A DNA stretch of 64,000 bases, taken from positions 243,970,001 to 244,034,000 of the forward strand of contig OZ024743.1 in assembly GCA_964016885.1 (NCBI GenBank), in the 5' to 3' direction. The stretch comes from Eledone cirrhosa. Lineage: Eukaryota. The notes under the pieces were generated by a model, which was not told the origin of the DNA, made no database searches, and saw only the letters and a list, made by a program, of their open reading frames with translations. Shown one piece after another: positions 11,991 to 23,913 of this stretch (positions within the stretch are counted from its first letter, which is position 1; the number at the start of each line of letters is the position of its first letter). A program made the translations under genes and the position numbers.

Positions 11991-13970
11991 CTAAGAGAGA
12001 GAGAGGGAAGGTTTACTTACCTCCCGGGTCTTGTGAAGGTCGGGTGGTTCGACCTCCATGGTTGGTGGGGTTTCTTTTGGGAACCCCTTTAAAAGTCTTG
12101 ATGTGGGTTTCACATTCGGGTTTCCCACGTCTTGAGGAAAGCTCTCTCGAATTTCTTTGAAGGAATTGAGTGACGTTTGGACCAGAAACAAATCTTCTGG
12201 CACGCAAAATGTGCTCATTTCAAAAATCTCCCCCTCTGTTTGAATGTCCTCGCTTCGCGCTAAGAGGGCCATCAGTTTATCGTTGGCCCTTCTGACAAGC
12301 ACGAAATTTTAAACATTTTGTTGGTGTGGTTTTATTTGTTTTCGTTTTGGTGAAGGTGGTGGCGATGGTTTTGGTGGTGTTGTTTCGGGTATGTCTATGT
12401 TTGTTGTAGGTGTGGTGTCTGCAATTTCAGGTATTTGTGTGTTTATTTGTACTTGTGTTTGTTTAGGTTGTTTGCGTTTCGGGGATTGTGGAGGTGGTGT
12501 CGATGTTGCTGATGGAGCTGATGTTATTGGGGAAGTGTTTGCGTTAGTGGTGTCTGTATTTTTTGTTGTGTGTGTTTTTGTGTTTTGTTGGGGCTTTTTT
12601 TTGTGAGTTTTTTTGCACTTTTGGGTTTTCCTTCATCTTCGCTGCTGGAAGACAAAGGGTCTGTGTCTGTGAGTGTCTCTGTGTCTGTGTGTGCGTTTAT
12701 TTTTTTTTTGTCTATGTGTATACTTGGGGGGGGGGGGGGGAGTGGGAGAGCTTTCCTCGTTTTCTCCTTGGATTGGTTTTGGTGTTGGTGGTGATCCGGC
12801 TGCTTTTGATGTTGGTGTCCGTGTTTTTGTTGATGTTTTTGGTGGTGGTGGTGGTGCAGCTTTCCGTGCTGAGACTGGCGTTGGCAACAAAGGAGGTTTG
12901 CGACCCCCTGCATTTTTGCGCTGAGGGCAGAAGGCTTGAAGATGCGTTGCTTCCCCGCAAACGAAGCAGCGTGGCCTTCTTCCGTCAATCATTAGTTGGA
13001 TTGTTGTCCCGTCCTGCAGGCGGGAAAAATCTGGGATGTTATTCATATCCTCCGGTTTCATTTGGAGAAGAATCTCCAAATCCATTCCGCACCAGTCCTC
13101 TCTCTCTGTCCTTTTGATGTCCAGGAGGGTGGTGTCTGTCCCCTCCTCGATTACGCATCCCAGCAGCCACCATATGTTCATTCCTGGTGGGATGCTGGGA
13201 ATGCGTACCTTCACTGTCCTTTTACCCATATAGGACGGATGCATGATAATGCGTTCCGTTCTGCAGGGGGTCACCGAGTGCTTAATAGCGAGGGCCTCGG
13301 TTTTTAACAGTACCGAGATGGTACCGAACTGTTTGCCTCTTGATTTGTACTCTATGTTACTTCCGATGTACTCCAAAGCAGCCTCTACCTCTGCATGGCT
13401 CGCAAGTTCCACTTTTCGTGTCTGCACCGAAATACATCGAAAGAGCACCGTCCTCCTTTGCATGGCCGCTATTGCCTCGTCCGGGATGGTCAGGTTTGCC
13501 CAGGACTTCTCCCGTTTAATTAGCCTCCACGCTTTGGCCAACTGTTCGTCTTTATCGCTAATATCAATATTCAATAAGTGCTTTGTTTTTGCTGCTGCTG
13601 CAGCAAATGTGGTGTTTCTGATACTCTTATTGTTGTTGTTGTCATTCTTGCTGTTGCCAGCGCCATCCTTGTTTACATTGAAGCTGTCGGTGTTATTGTC
13701 GTTATTGCTCTGAGTTGTTGTTGTTGTTGTTGTTGTTGTGGTGGTGGTGGTGGTGGTGGTGGTGGTGGCGGTGGTGGTGATGTCGTTTTCAGATGATACT
13801 GCTGCTATGGCAGAAGGTTGTGATGGTAGCTTTTTAGTTTTGCCTTCACATTCAGTAGAGTGGATGACAGGCATGACTGTAGCCGTCGTAGTCGTGGTGA
13901 AATCTGCAGTGGCTGCCTTTAAACTTTTGACCTGAACGTTGTTTACCGTTTCAAAATCGAAAATTTCCAT
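11991..13970 (-). CDS. Tx1 ORF1 (gag-like nucleic-acid-binding protein), frameshifted in its C-terminal low-complexity half
   Basis: 445-aa ORF 12633-13970 with CFVCGEATHLQAFC (CX2CX4HX4C), poly-Thr/Asn tracts and Pro/Lys-rich segments. The last frame ends at 11991, 9 nt before the ORF2 ATG. Confidence 0.82.
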
Positions 13971-14197
13971 AATTTTCTTTTGGTGGGGAAGCGATTTTTT
14001 TCGAAGTTTAAAAAAAATAAATCTGAATATTCGGGCTTAAAGCCCGAATATTGAGAGGTATCCCTCTCTTTAAATCAAGATGTGTACCTTAAGTTTCGTT
14101 AATGACAAGAAAGTACAAAAAAAAAGACACTTTAAAACAGCTTAAAGCTACGAACCTTTTTCCCCGCAGACTTGTCTGTCTTCACACATGTGCGGCC

Positions 14198-14267
<70 letters not shown>

Positions 14268-15844
14268 TTTTTTTTTTCTTGGTCTTGTGGGATATCAGAA
14301 CTGAATTTGTATTTTTCCTGCCACCGTTGTTTACCCTGCTCAATGATCTGGGCATCTGCATTTGAGAGTCAATAGTTTAGGGAGTTCTGTCTGTTGGTTA
14401 GATTCATTTGTCTGTCAGAACGCTTTCTCTGGCTTTTCGAGGAAAAGCATTCATTGCCCCAGGTGTCTCCAGTAGGGACACTATGAGTACGTATGTTCGC
14501 AGATGACATGGTGCGTGCACAGATGCTATAAGGAAGAGAAGCGTGAGAGTAAAAATAAAAGAAAAAAGCTGGTGAGTATGCAAATAATAATAATAATAAT
14601 AATAATAATATGTAAAAGCATCCGGCTTGAGTCCAAAAAAAATTCGGATCCATAATATATTGTTATATCGCTCAAATATTCATTTTTGTATTATACATTT
14701 TATATTCAAAAGAGAAAATGGTTATAAATGGAAGAAAACCCCCTCTGTCTACACTATATAGAACAGCCAAATAACAGCAATTTCACCAACACCAGAAACT
14801 AGATACACCACCTACCCCATCACCCCTCTGTGTACACTAAACACATCAGCCAGATAACGGCAATTTCACCACCACCACCACCACCAATCTCAGCATAATA
14901 ATAATAATTACTATTATTATTGTCTCAAGTTTTAACAAAATGTTTAATTCCAATATTAAGAAAATATGTCAACACATATACGCGACTAACCCCATAGATT
15001 CACCGATCAAACAAAAATACAGTTCATTCAACAAAACTCAGTAACGACAACGCCATCACTACAGTCACCGCCACCGCTGCCCATCCATCATTACTACCAC
15101 TATCCCATCACCGCCGCCACCACTCATTCATTGCTACCACCGCTATCCCCCCATTACCTTCTGTTAACTTACGAAAGGGGAAGATGGCGGTATCACTAGA
15201 CAATATTAATAAACAAGATTAATATTTAATTTTGGATCAGGAATGTTAGAGTCGAAAAGGAGGAAAATGGCAAAATGACTAAATAACTAAAGATAATTTC
15301 ACCACCAACACCACCACCACTACCACGATGAAAACTATGGTCAAATCGACTCAACCGCTATTTCTACTCCAACTTCAACACCATCACTACAGTAATACGA
15401 GCGCATCACCACCACCACTGCCTCATTATCGCTACCGCCGCTATTCTCTCCCACTACCTCCTTCTAGTTGCTGCTAGCACAGCACCGCCACCACCACCAC
15501 CACCACCACTGCCTCATTATCACTACCGCTGCTATTCTCTCCCGCTACCCCCCGCTACCCCCTGCTACATCGTAGAATCCCCACTAAAAGAGGAAGGCAT
15601 CAAAATATATAAATAGACTGAATTGATGACCCGGTCAAAATCAAAAAAACAAAAATCAAAATCAAAACAGCACAGCAAAAACGAAAAACGTAAAGAAAAT
15701 AAAAGATGAAGAGAAAAACAAACAGACGGACAGAGAAGGGAAGGGAAAAACTAAGTCAGACATTCAAACACTACATTACAATGAAACTTATGCTTATTCA
15801 TTTTTGGGTTTGTTTTTGTCTGTTTGTTTGTTTGTTTATTTATG

Positions 15845-18800
15845 TTCGTCTACAGCGTGATAATGCCACACAAAAATCACGTGGAGTGACGGAACCACCG
15901 GAGACGATGAATTCACCGGTGGTTATGTAACCATACATTCGCCAATCGTCGATAAGAGTGTTTAAATGTCGAACCTAGACAGTTCGAATAACGGTGAAAT
16001 GGAGACTAGAATGTCATGTGACAGACTCTCACCCAACAGGTGCTCCCTGGCTCAGCAGCAGGGACCTGGCTGTCAACCAAATACTGCTGGTGTCGGAGGA
16101 AGAAGAAGAAGGAAAGGGACCAGAACCAACTGGACGAAAGAATTGAATAGAACTGTTATGCAATGTTACCTGAAGAGTAACCCCAAGGAGAAAGGCTATA
16201 GGAAACGGATGCATAACATCTGGAACGAGATTGGTCTATTTAAATTAGATGAACAAAAATTGGCCGGGCAGGCTCGGGTAATAAGAACTAATGGGTGGAT
16301 AAGCGAGCTGGAACTGGAGGAACTGAGCAGAGGGATTAGCTTGGAGATGGAGAGTGGAGTATGCCAGGCAAACGAGCCAGTGGGAAATGAAGGTGAAGAG
16401 GTCGAGAGAACGGAGGAACCACCCGAAGCAGACAATGATCTGAATGCTGAGATAAATAATACCTGGAACAGAGATACGGCCACTGAGGAGATGAATGCTG
16501 ATGGGCTAGGACAAGATTTGGTTGATATCCTAAACTTAGTGGTAGATGAATTGAACAATGATAGTGGGAGACCTATGAACCTAAGATTTGTAGACAGGAA
16601 AAAGTTAAAAGAAACAACAGCTAAGGTAAACAAAGTCATCCCATACCTTGAGGCGAGGAGCCTTCACCAGTGCAACAATATCCTCAAAGCAACAACAAAT
16701 ACGGCAAGGAAACTACTTGGTATAAAAGCGAGAGGAAACAACAGACAAGAAAGAGCAGAGCCTTGGTGGAAGAAACGAGTGGTCAAATCAGGGAAATGAG
16801 AAATGACATTGGAAAGCTTGAGTCCCTACTGAATGGGACACTAAAAAACATAGACACTAAAAATAGACTGGAAATAAAGTACAAAACTAGGAGGAAAAAG
16901 CTAAATATTATCATAGAGGAACTGAAGCAACGCATTGAAGCAAAGAGTGCAAAAATCAGGCGATACGAGAACAGAGTCAGCCAGTACAGACAGAACCGCA
17001 TGTTCGACAACAACCAGAAGATGCTGTTTGGACAGCTTGAAGGGAAAGAAAGAGGCAACGACTTGATCCCTGAGGCGGAACAAACTAAAACATTCTGGAG
17101 AGGAATATGGGAGCAGGATGTTAAACATAATGACCAGGCAGTGTGGATTGAGACAGTACAGAAGGAGATTAGTGAACAGGCACACCAACAAACTGATTTG
17201 AGTATCACAGTTGAAACTCTTAAGGGGCAGGCCAAAAAACTAACCAACTGGAAATCACCAGGCCCAGATGGTGTGCAGGGGTATTGGATTAAAAATATAA
17301 CATCCCTCCACCCGAAACTGACAACCATGTTCAATGACTGCTTGATGTCATGTGAGGTACCAGAGGGTTTGACAAAAGGTACCACAGTTCTGATAATGAA
17401 AGACCGAATCAAGGGTAATGATGTTACCAACTATAGACCTATCACATGTCTGTCCGTAATGTGGAAACTGTTGACAAGCATTATGTCTGAGGAAATCTAC
17501 CATCACCTCCACACAAACAACTTGTTGCCGGACGAACAGAAAGGATGCCGAAAGAAGTCACGTGGTACAAAGGACCAGCTACTTATTGATAAGGTGGTAA
17601 TGAGGAATTGCAAGAGGAGACACACTGGTCTTGCCATGGGATGGATAGACTACAAAAAGGCATTTGACATGGTGCCTCATTCTTGGATCACCAAAAGCCT
17701 GGAGATCTTCAAGGTGGCAGATAACATCAGACAGTTGTTGGGCAAAAGTATGAAGTCCTGGGAAACAGAGTTAACATCAACTGGAGAATCCTTGGGAAGC
17801 GTGAAGATCAAGAGAGGTATCTTCCAGGGATATAGTCTATCCCCTCTGTTGTTTGTCCTTGCCCTGATGCCCCTGATCAGTGTACTGCGAAAAGTGAGAG
17901 CAGGATACAGGTTGGGAAAGGGAGGGCTTACCATCAATCACCTCCTCTTCATGGACGATCTTAAGCTCTTCGGGAAGAGTGAGAGGGAGTTGGATGTGCT
18001 TGTTGACACTGTCCGTATTTTCAGCAATGATATATGTATGCAATTTGGTATTAGTAAGTGTGGAGTCATTGTGATGAGGAGGGGTAAGTTGAGCAGAAGT
18101 AACGGAATCCAGGTACCAACAGGTGAGATGATAAAGGAAATTGACTCTGAAGAAGGATACAAGTATTTGGGCGTTCTGGAGGCTGATGATATCAAGAACA
18201 AAAAAAATGAAGGAATTGATAAGAACTGAATACATTCGGAAAGTAAGGAGCGTATTAAAGTCACATCTGAACAGTAGGAATGCCATAAGTGCAGTAAATT
18301 CCCGAGCTGTGTCTATTATTAGGTACAGTGCGGGAATTCTGAGATGGAATGTTGCTGAACAAAAAGAAATGGATAGGAAGACTAGGAAGCTATTGACTAT
18401 CTACAACATGTTCCACAAGATGAGTGATGTCGATAGACTCTACTTAAGGAGATCTGAAGGTGGAAGAGGTCTTATCAGCATAGAGGACTGTGTTCAGATG
18501 GAGAAAAACAACCTACACAAATACGTGACTGATAGTAAGGAGCCAATGCTCAGAACTGTACTGAAGGAGAGGACCATAGACCAGGGGATCTCCAAGGAGG
18601 AAATAACAGCAAGGAGAAAGAGCAGCCTTCAGGAAAAATCCCTTCATAGTACCTTCTTTGAGAAAACTGAATTCAGAGATCCACAGACATGGAACTGGTT
18701 GAAAAGAGGAGACCTTCAAAAGGCTACAGAAGGAATGTTAATGGCTGCGCAAGAGCAGGCCCTCAAAACGAAGTGGTTGAAACACCATATTTACAAGGAG

Positions 18801-19473
18801 GAGGCTAGCCTACTGTGCAGGATCTGTGGAGAGAGAGAGAGGAGACTGTGGCTCACATTGTATCCGAGTGTAAACACCTAGCCCAGACTCACTATAACGG
18901 CTGGAGACTTGATGTGATGGGCAGGGTGATCCACTGGCACCTATGCAAAGTAAACAATTTACCACATTCTGAGAAGTGGTATGAGCATAAGCCAGAGGCG
19001 GTGATAAAAAACGATCAGGTGAAGGTGCTGTGGGATTTTAGGATACAGACGGACAAGAAACTGGAACACAATAGACCTGACCTGGTGGTTGGGGGCAAAG
19101 AAAAAAGATCGTGCCTGATTGTGGATGTGGCCTTCCCATTCGACACGAGAGTGCAAGAGAAGGAGAGGGAGAAAATTAACCGATACCAGGACTTAAAGTG
19201 GGAGGTAAAAAGGATTTGGAACTGCCATGAAGTCAAAGTGATCCCGATTGTCATAGGCGCACTAGGGACTATCTCAAAAAGTTTCCAGGGATGGTTAAAG
19301 AAAATTGGCCCCTTCACGCTTTTTGGAACGCTTCAAAAGGCATGCTTGCTGGGAACAGCAAGAACCCTCCGATACGTCCTGAATATCTGAGTCTGCAGGT
19401 AGTGGCTTGATATTCATTTCAACAAACTTTCCAGTTAACTAACATCAACGACTGAGACTCAAAGAGTAATAAC

Positions 19474-19515
<42 letters not shown>
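15845..19515 (+). mobile_element. R4/Dong-like non-LTR retrotransposon (single ORF, RT + CCHC + restriction-like endonuclease) with (TAA)n tail; three frameshifts
   Basis: ORFs 15966-16799, 16670-18229, 18141-18881 and 18815-19390. Motifs: YRPITCL, WIDYKKAFD, LFMDDLKL, CRICG..ETVAHIVSEC, RPDLVV..IVDVAFPFD..EKINRY, LQKACLLGTA. Tail at 19467-19515. 5' boundary approximate. Confidence 0.9.
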
Positions 19516-19517
<2 letters not shown>

Positions 19518-20130
19518 TTTCTTTATTGCCCACTAGGGCCTACATACAAGGGACAATACAAAAAGACAGAGACAGCGGATGTTTAATGACTTCTTTATTT
19601 ACCACACCGAGTTGACAGGATGATACAATGTAGGTTTTTGTGTGTAAAAAAGACATTTAAAAACCAAACAAAATAAATTCCCCAAAAGACAGAGACCTCC
19701 GAGAGTCACTTGTGGAGCAAACTCACAAAAGCCAACCTGGCCGCTAGGACAAGTGGCCTTCTCACAGTTGTTCTCCAATTGACTTGCACGCACTCAGAGC
19801 AGACCTATTTACTAGGGCTGTGCTCACCATTCTCATCCATTTCTCAACAATCTTGTTGGAAGGCAGCATTTCTCTCACCACCCTGATTTTTCTCTTTAAG
19901 TGAAACATGAAAAAGTCAATCAGGGCTTCGTCCAAGAGGAAAGTGCTTGTATTCAACTCTTCTTTCGCCTTGGCTACCAGGCAGATAAAAACTCCCTGTC
20001 CTTCCCAACTAAAGGAAAGCAGCGGGCGAACCTCACGATGGATTCATCTGATAGCTGAGTCTGTCCTACATACGACAGGTGTTCCAGATAAGCCCACAAG
20101 TCACCAATATTCGGACACTAGACGAAGCAT
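19516..20130 (-). mobile_element. 5'-truncated Tx1 copy
   Basis: Translates TFLLDEALIDFFMFHLKRKIRVVRE. 3' end ...gggcaataaagaaatc then (ATT)n. Confidence 0.85.
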
Positions 20131-20221
20131 ATAAATATCTACGTGTACTACAAAGCCATAAAGGAGGAGAAAGGAGGAGAACATAGGAGCTTATACAGAC
20201 TTAAAACACGAAATCTTGAAA

Positions 20222-20405
20222 TGCACAAGCCAACAATTTTGGGATGATTACATCGATCCCAACACGTGACTGGTACTATATTTTATTGAAATCGGAAGGA
20301 TGAAAAGCAAAGTTGATTTCGGCAGGATTTGAACTCAGAACGTAAACGGCCGTGACTAATTACTGCAAAGCATTTTGATCGGCGTTCTAATGATTCTGCC
20401 AATCC
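20222..20405 (-). mobile_element. SINE family A, diverged
   Basis: Core ctggtactatattttattga...ggatgaaaagcaaagttga, B box and A box remnants. Confidence 0.7.
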
Positions 20406-20425
20406 AACTCACTGATGATGATGGT

Positions 20426-21040
20426 GATTTCTTTATTAACCATAGTTTACATAAAGATCGAGGACGGTACAGGACGTCACAGTGTAGATTTACATGAAAA
20501 TGTGTAGACAAAGGGAAATAACGAAAAAAATGAAGCAAGGAAAAAATATACAACAGGGGCAAGATTTCCGGGGGTTATTCGTGGAAAACCCCACAAAAGC
20601 CATGGTCACACTTGTCTTCCTCTTCAGATGCATACACAGAGCAGTCACTTTCACTTGGAGCAAGCCCATCTCACTCATCTAGCTTTCAACAAATTTAAAA
20701 GAGGGCAGCACCCCCTTCTTCGCTTTCAATTTCCCTTTAAAGTGAAATTTGAAAAAGCATATGAAGGTTTGACCAAAGAGGAAAGTGTCTGTCTTCAACC
20801 CTTTTAATCTCGTCAACTAAACTACCTCTTTCGCCATGGCCACCAGACAGAAAACAATTACTTTCCTTCTTTATAGCCGGATCTGTCCTACACTTGATAG
20901 CAGCTGTTCGGCAAACTCCATATGTCAGCAATGTTTAGGCACTGAGCAAGTGTGTGCAGGAAAGTTTCGATGTCCTTCTCGCATTTCGGGCAGGCCCGGC
21001 TGACGGCACTTATACGTCTGTAGTATTTATCCCGAAGCGC
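20426..21040 (-). mobile_element. 5'-truncated, degraded Tx1 copy with (ATC)n-like tail
   Basis: Translates RDKYYR..AVSRACPKCEKDIETFLHTLAQC. 3' end ggttaataaagaaatc. Confidence 0.8.
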
Positions 21041-21055
21041 AATTAAGATCTATAT

Positions 21056-21210
21056 TAATTTAACGCTTGATAGAGTAAGAAAAGAGTTCTAACGTTTTGG
21101 GCATTAGTCTGTCATCAGAAGATAGAATGTGAGATAAAAGAAGAAATAGAAAGAGATACGAAAATAAGAGCAAGAAGAAACAGGAAAATAATTTTACGGA
21201 AGGAAACTCC
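21056..21210 (-). mobile_element. Diverged solo Penelope pseudo-LTR with decayed hammerhead
   Basis: Homologous to the 52.7-kb LTR: cttCTGATGAcagactaatgcccAAAAcgttagaa...tcaagcgtta, with GAAA mutated. Confidence 0.65.
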
Positions 21211-21225
21211 ACGCGCACGCGCACA

Positions 21226-21309
<84 letters not shown>

Positions 21310-21682
21310 AACGCATACATACATAGTTGAGAAAGGGGGTAAAGTTCTATATAAATCAAAGGTTATAGTTAAAAAGTAAGAGGGAAAAAGCACACAAGTA
21401 TATTTAAAAATCATTTTTTTCTTTAATCCGACAGAATGAATATACTTGTTGCATTAAATGGATTTAAATTTTGTCAAATATTACTGGTTTTGAATGGTAT
21501 AACAATTTTATCAAATATTAAATTATTGATATTGAAAAAAAAGGTGTTTTTCATATATTCTGTGAATAGTTTGCAGTGATGTAGCTAGAGTGTGTGCTTC
21601 CCAAAACAGCCCTTCAGTTTACCTTCCCGGCACCCCACAAAAATACATATTGCTCTTAATATATATATATATATATATATTT

Positions 21683-21892
21683 GAAAAAGTATGACCCCGA
21701 CGGCAGAGCTCAAGCCGTTTCAACGGCTATTTCTGGACGGCTATTTCTATGACTGTCCAGAAATAGCCGTCGAAACGGCTTGAGCTCTGCCGTCGGGGTC
21801 ATACTTTTTCTTATTACCCACTCTACTACCCTAAGTATTGAGTACTCTGGTGCGTTATGGTCCATCTGGTTCCTTACCACATTTCCTTCGTT
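21683..21892 (+). mobile_element. Fold-back solo PLE-type LTR, family X
   Basis: 56-bp inverted arms at 21683-21738 and 21755-21810, plus an 82-bp unpaired extension, inside (TA)n. Contains the HHR 3' half GAAAcggc..gccgTCggggtc. Homologues at 47356 and 60185. Confidence 0.7.
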
Positions 21893-21962
21893 ATATATAT
21901 ATATCTTGAAGTTATATAATACATTGATACATACATACATACATACCCCCCCCCCCCCCCCC

Positions 21963-22020
<58 letters not shown>

Positions 22021-22057
22021 TATACATATATACCCATTCTGTTATTACAGCAGCAGA

Positions 22058-22142
22058 GATCCGACGAGCTTTTGATCCCAGAGTCGGACCAGATCGATAT
22101 TAATCGAACCTTGAGCTGATCAATAGCGAAACGCGCGTCACC
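22058..22142 (+). ncRNA. Hammerhead-like motif with variant core (CCGACGA) and long stem II
   Basis: CCGACGA gcttttgatc...gatcaatagc GAAA cgcgcg TC. Stem III is palindromic, stem I is weak. Truncated homologue at 34010-34145. Confidence 0.55.
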
Positions 22143-22181
22143 AATCAATAAACGTAATGAAGGCTTAACAAATCGTCCTTG

Positions 22182-22261
<80 letters not shown>

Positions 22262-23190
22262 ACTAGTCTGTATACAATGATAATATTATGCTGCAACATT
22301 AATAAAACGCTTATAGCCTACAGCAGACCCAAAAGTGTCGCCACTATAAAAGTATTGCCCGGGCGGACCGCCCTCTCGCCCCCTCTAGCTACGTTACTGG
22401 TAGTTTGAATATATATTCAATATTTCGGGCTGCTATTTCTAGTAGTGACAGGTTGTGTGACCACACAAAGAGCCGTTGGTGTCTCAGTAGGCTCAGTGAC
22501 TGCTTTCTCTATTTTATTGTCTCGGTGACAACTTACTACTATAACATTCATCAAAGTTTCTAATCATAATACATAGTCCGTCGTTTGTTCTCTTGTATTC
22601 TATTAAAATCTACTATATTCTATTATATTCATAACTGCCCTCCGTACCCGTATTGTATGGGATGGAAGGTTTGCATGTGGAAAGTCTATTGATCTTACAA
22701 GTATGTTTTACAATGGCAGCTTCCGGATTATATTTGGGAATACCTTTCGTCTTCTATATTGAAACCATAGCAAACATCCGGGTTCTCTGATACTGCATTC
22801 ACCTAGCGGATGATTAAATCGACATCAAATGACGTAGTCTACTTTACCACACTTCCGACATTTACATCTCGCTGCTTTTAATCATTTATTCTCAGCCATC
22901 CCTCTTTCTTTTCTTTCCATTCTATTTTTGCTTCTTTAAGTACTTAAGCGAGGTCACACACATACACATCCGTACACAACATACGCACATACACACATAC
23001 ACACACACATGCACGCACACAATATATATATATATATATATATATATAGCTTTTATATTATGTCCAACATAACAACCACTTATCCCAGCCCTTTTCTAAA
23101 TGAAATTTGTACTGCTTTATCCTTTGTTCTGTAAACTCGTTTGTTGTAGCTTGGTGACCAATATTAATATGCATTACCATTATTATTATT

Positions 23191-23580
23191 CAGAAACTTT
23201 CATCTTCGGCCAAGCCCTCAAAAACTTCTTTAAGTTCCGCCTAGATATGAAGGGAAAGTGGAGTGGAATGTGCTTCCCAGGGGAGCCAAATCAATTTCCT
23301 AAAAAGTAACACTCCATTTTAGCAAGTGGGGATGTCTTTAAAGGGTAGCTCTAAAAAACATATAGTGGAATGGCTGATGCAGCGGGTGTCGCTGTCTGTT
23401 CTCCACCACAATGTTTTCACTATCTTATTCACGGGGCGCAGATGAGATATATCAACAACAACAAATGTGTAGAGCTTGCCCTTTCCTTTCTTTCTTCCTT
23501 TTTGTTTTCATTATTTAATCTTCTCCCTTCCCCTTTTTTTTGTTTTCTCTTCCTGTTTATTATTTTAATACTTAAAAAAA
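23191..23580 (+). mobile_element. Short degraded Tx1 3' fragment preceded by (ATT)4
   Basis: ETFIFGQALKNFFKFRL matches Tx1 DTFLFGQSLINFFKFHL. Its downstream part recurs at about 24830-24950. Confidence 0.6.
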
Positions 23581-23723
23581 AAAGAGACAAAGCTTATGGT
23601 GTCGATAAAATATAAAATAAAGTATCAGTAACGCACTTGGTTCGATTTAATCAACCCCCACCAACCCCCCAAAACTGTTGGTCTTGTGCCTAAATCAGAA
23701 ATCATTATTGTATACTTCTGTGT

Positions 23724-23913
23724 GGATTGGGCGGTGGATTGGCAGTATCGGTAGAGGGTCGGACGCCATGCTTTCTAGCATAGTTACGTCCGTTTACAGT
23801 CTGAGTTCAAATCCCGCCGAGGTTAACTTTGCCTTTCATCCTTACGGGGTCGATAAAATAAAGTACCAGTAATGTACTGGGTAATTGCTGGCCTTGTGCC
23901 TAAAGTAGAAACA
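23724..23913 (+). mobile_element. SINE family A with 20-bp TSD, inserted in the tail of another family A fragment (23592-23703)
   Basis: TSD attattgtatacttctgtgt at 23704-23723 and 23914-23933. A and B boxes present. Confidence 0.9.

Larger units (their letters stand above)
8287..14197 (-). mobile_element. Full-length Tx1-clade LINE (5911 bp) flanked by (ATT)n on both sides
   Basis: 5' UTR, ORF1 with CCHC knuckle, ORF2 APE-RT-Cys and 3' UTR. (AAT)n on the + strand at 8245-8286 and 14198-14266. Confidence 0.95.
21574..22399. mobile_element. hAT-type MITE with nested (TA)n tracts and two PLE LTR fragments
   Basis: TIRs cagtgatgtagctag / ctagctacgttactg. 8-bp TSD atagtttg/gtagtttg. Confidence 0.75.

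Noticed and set aside
93-19317. Antisense and alternative-frame ORFs over the LINEs
   Set aside because: Shadows of retrotransposon coding sequence with no motifs of their own.
22420-22900. Protein-like minus-strand fragments (CRKCGKV..., EKAVTEPTETPT)
   Set aside because: Interrupted by stops and cannot be assigned to a gene or element by eye.
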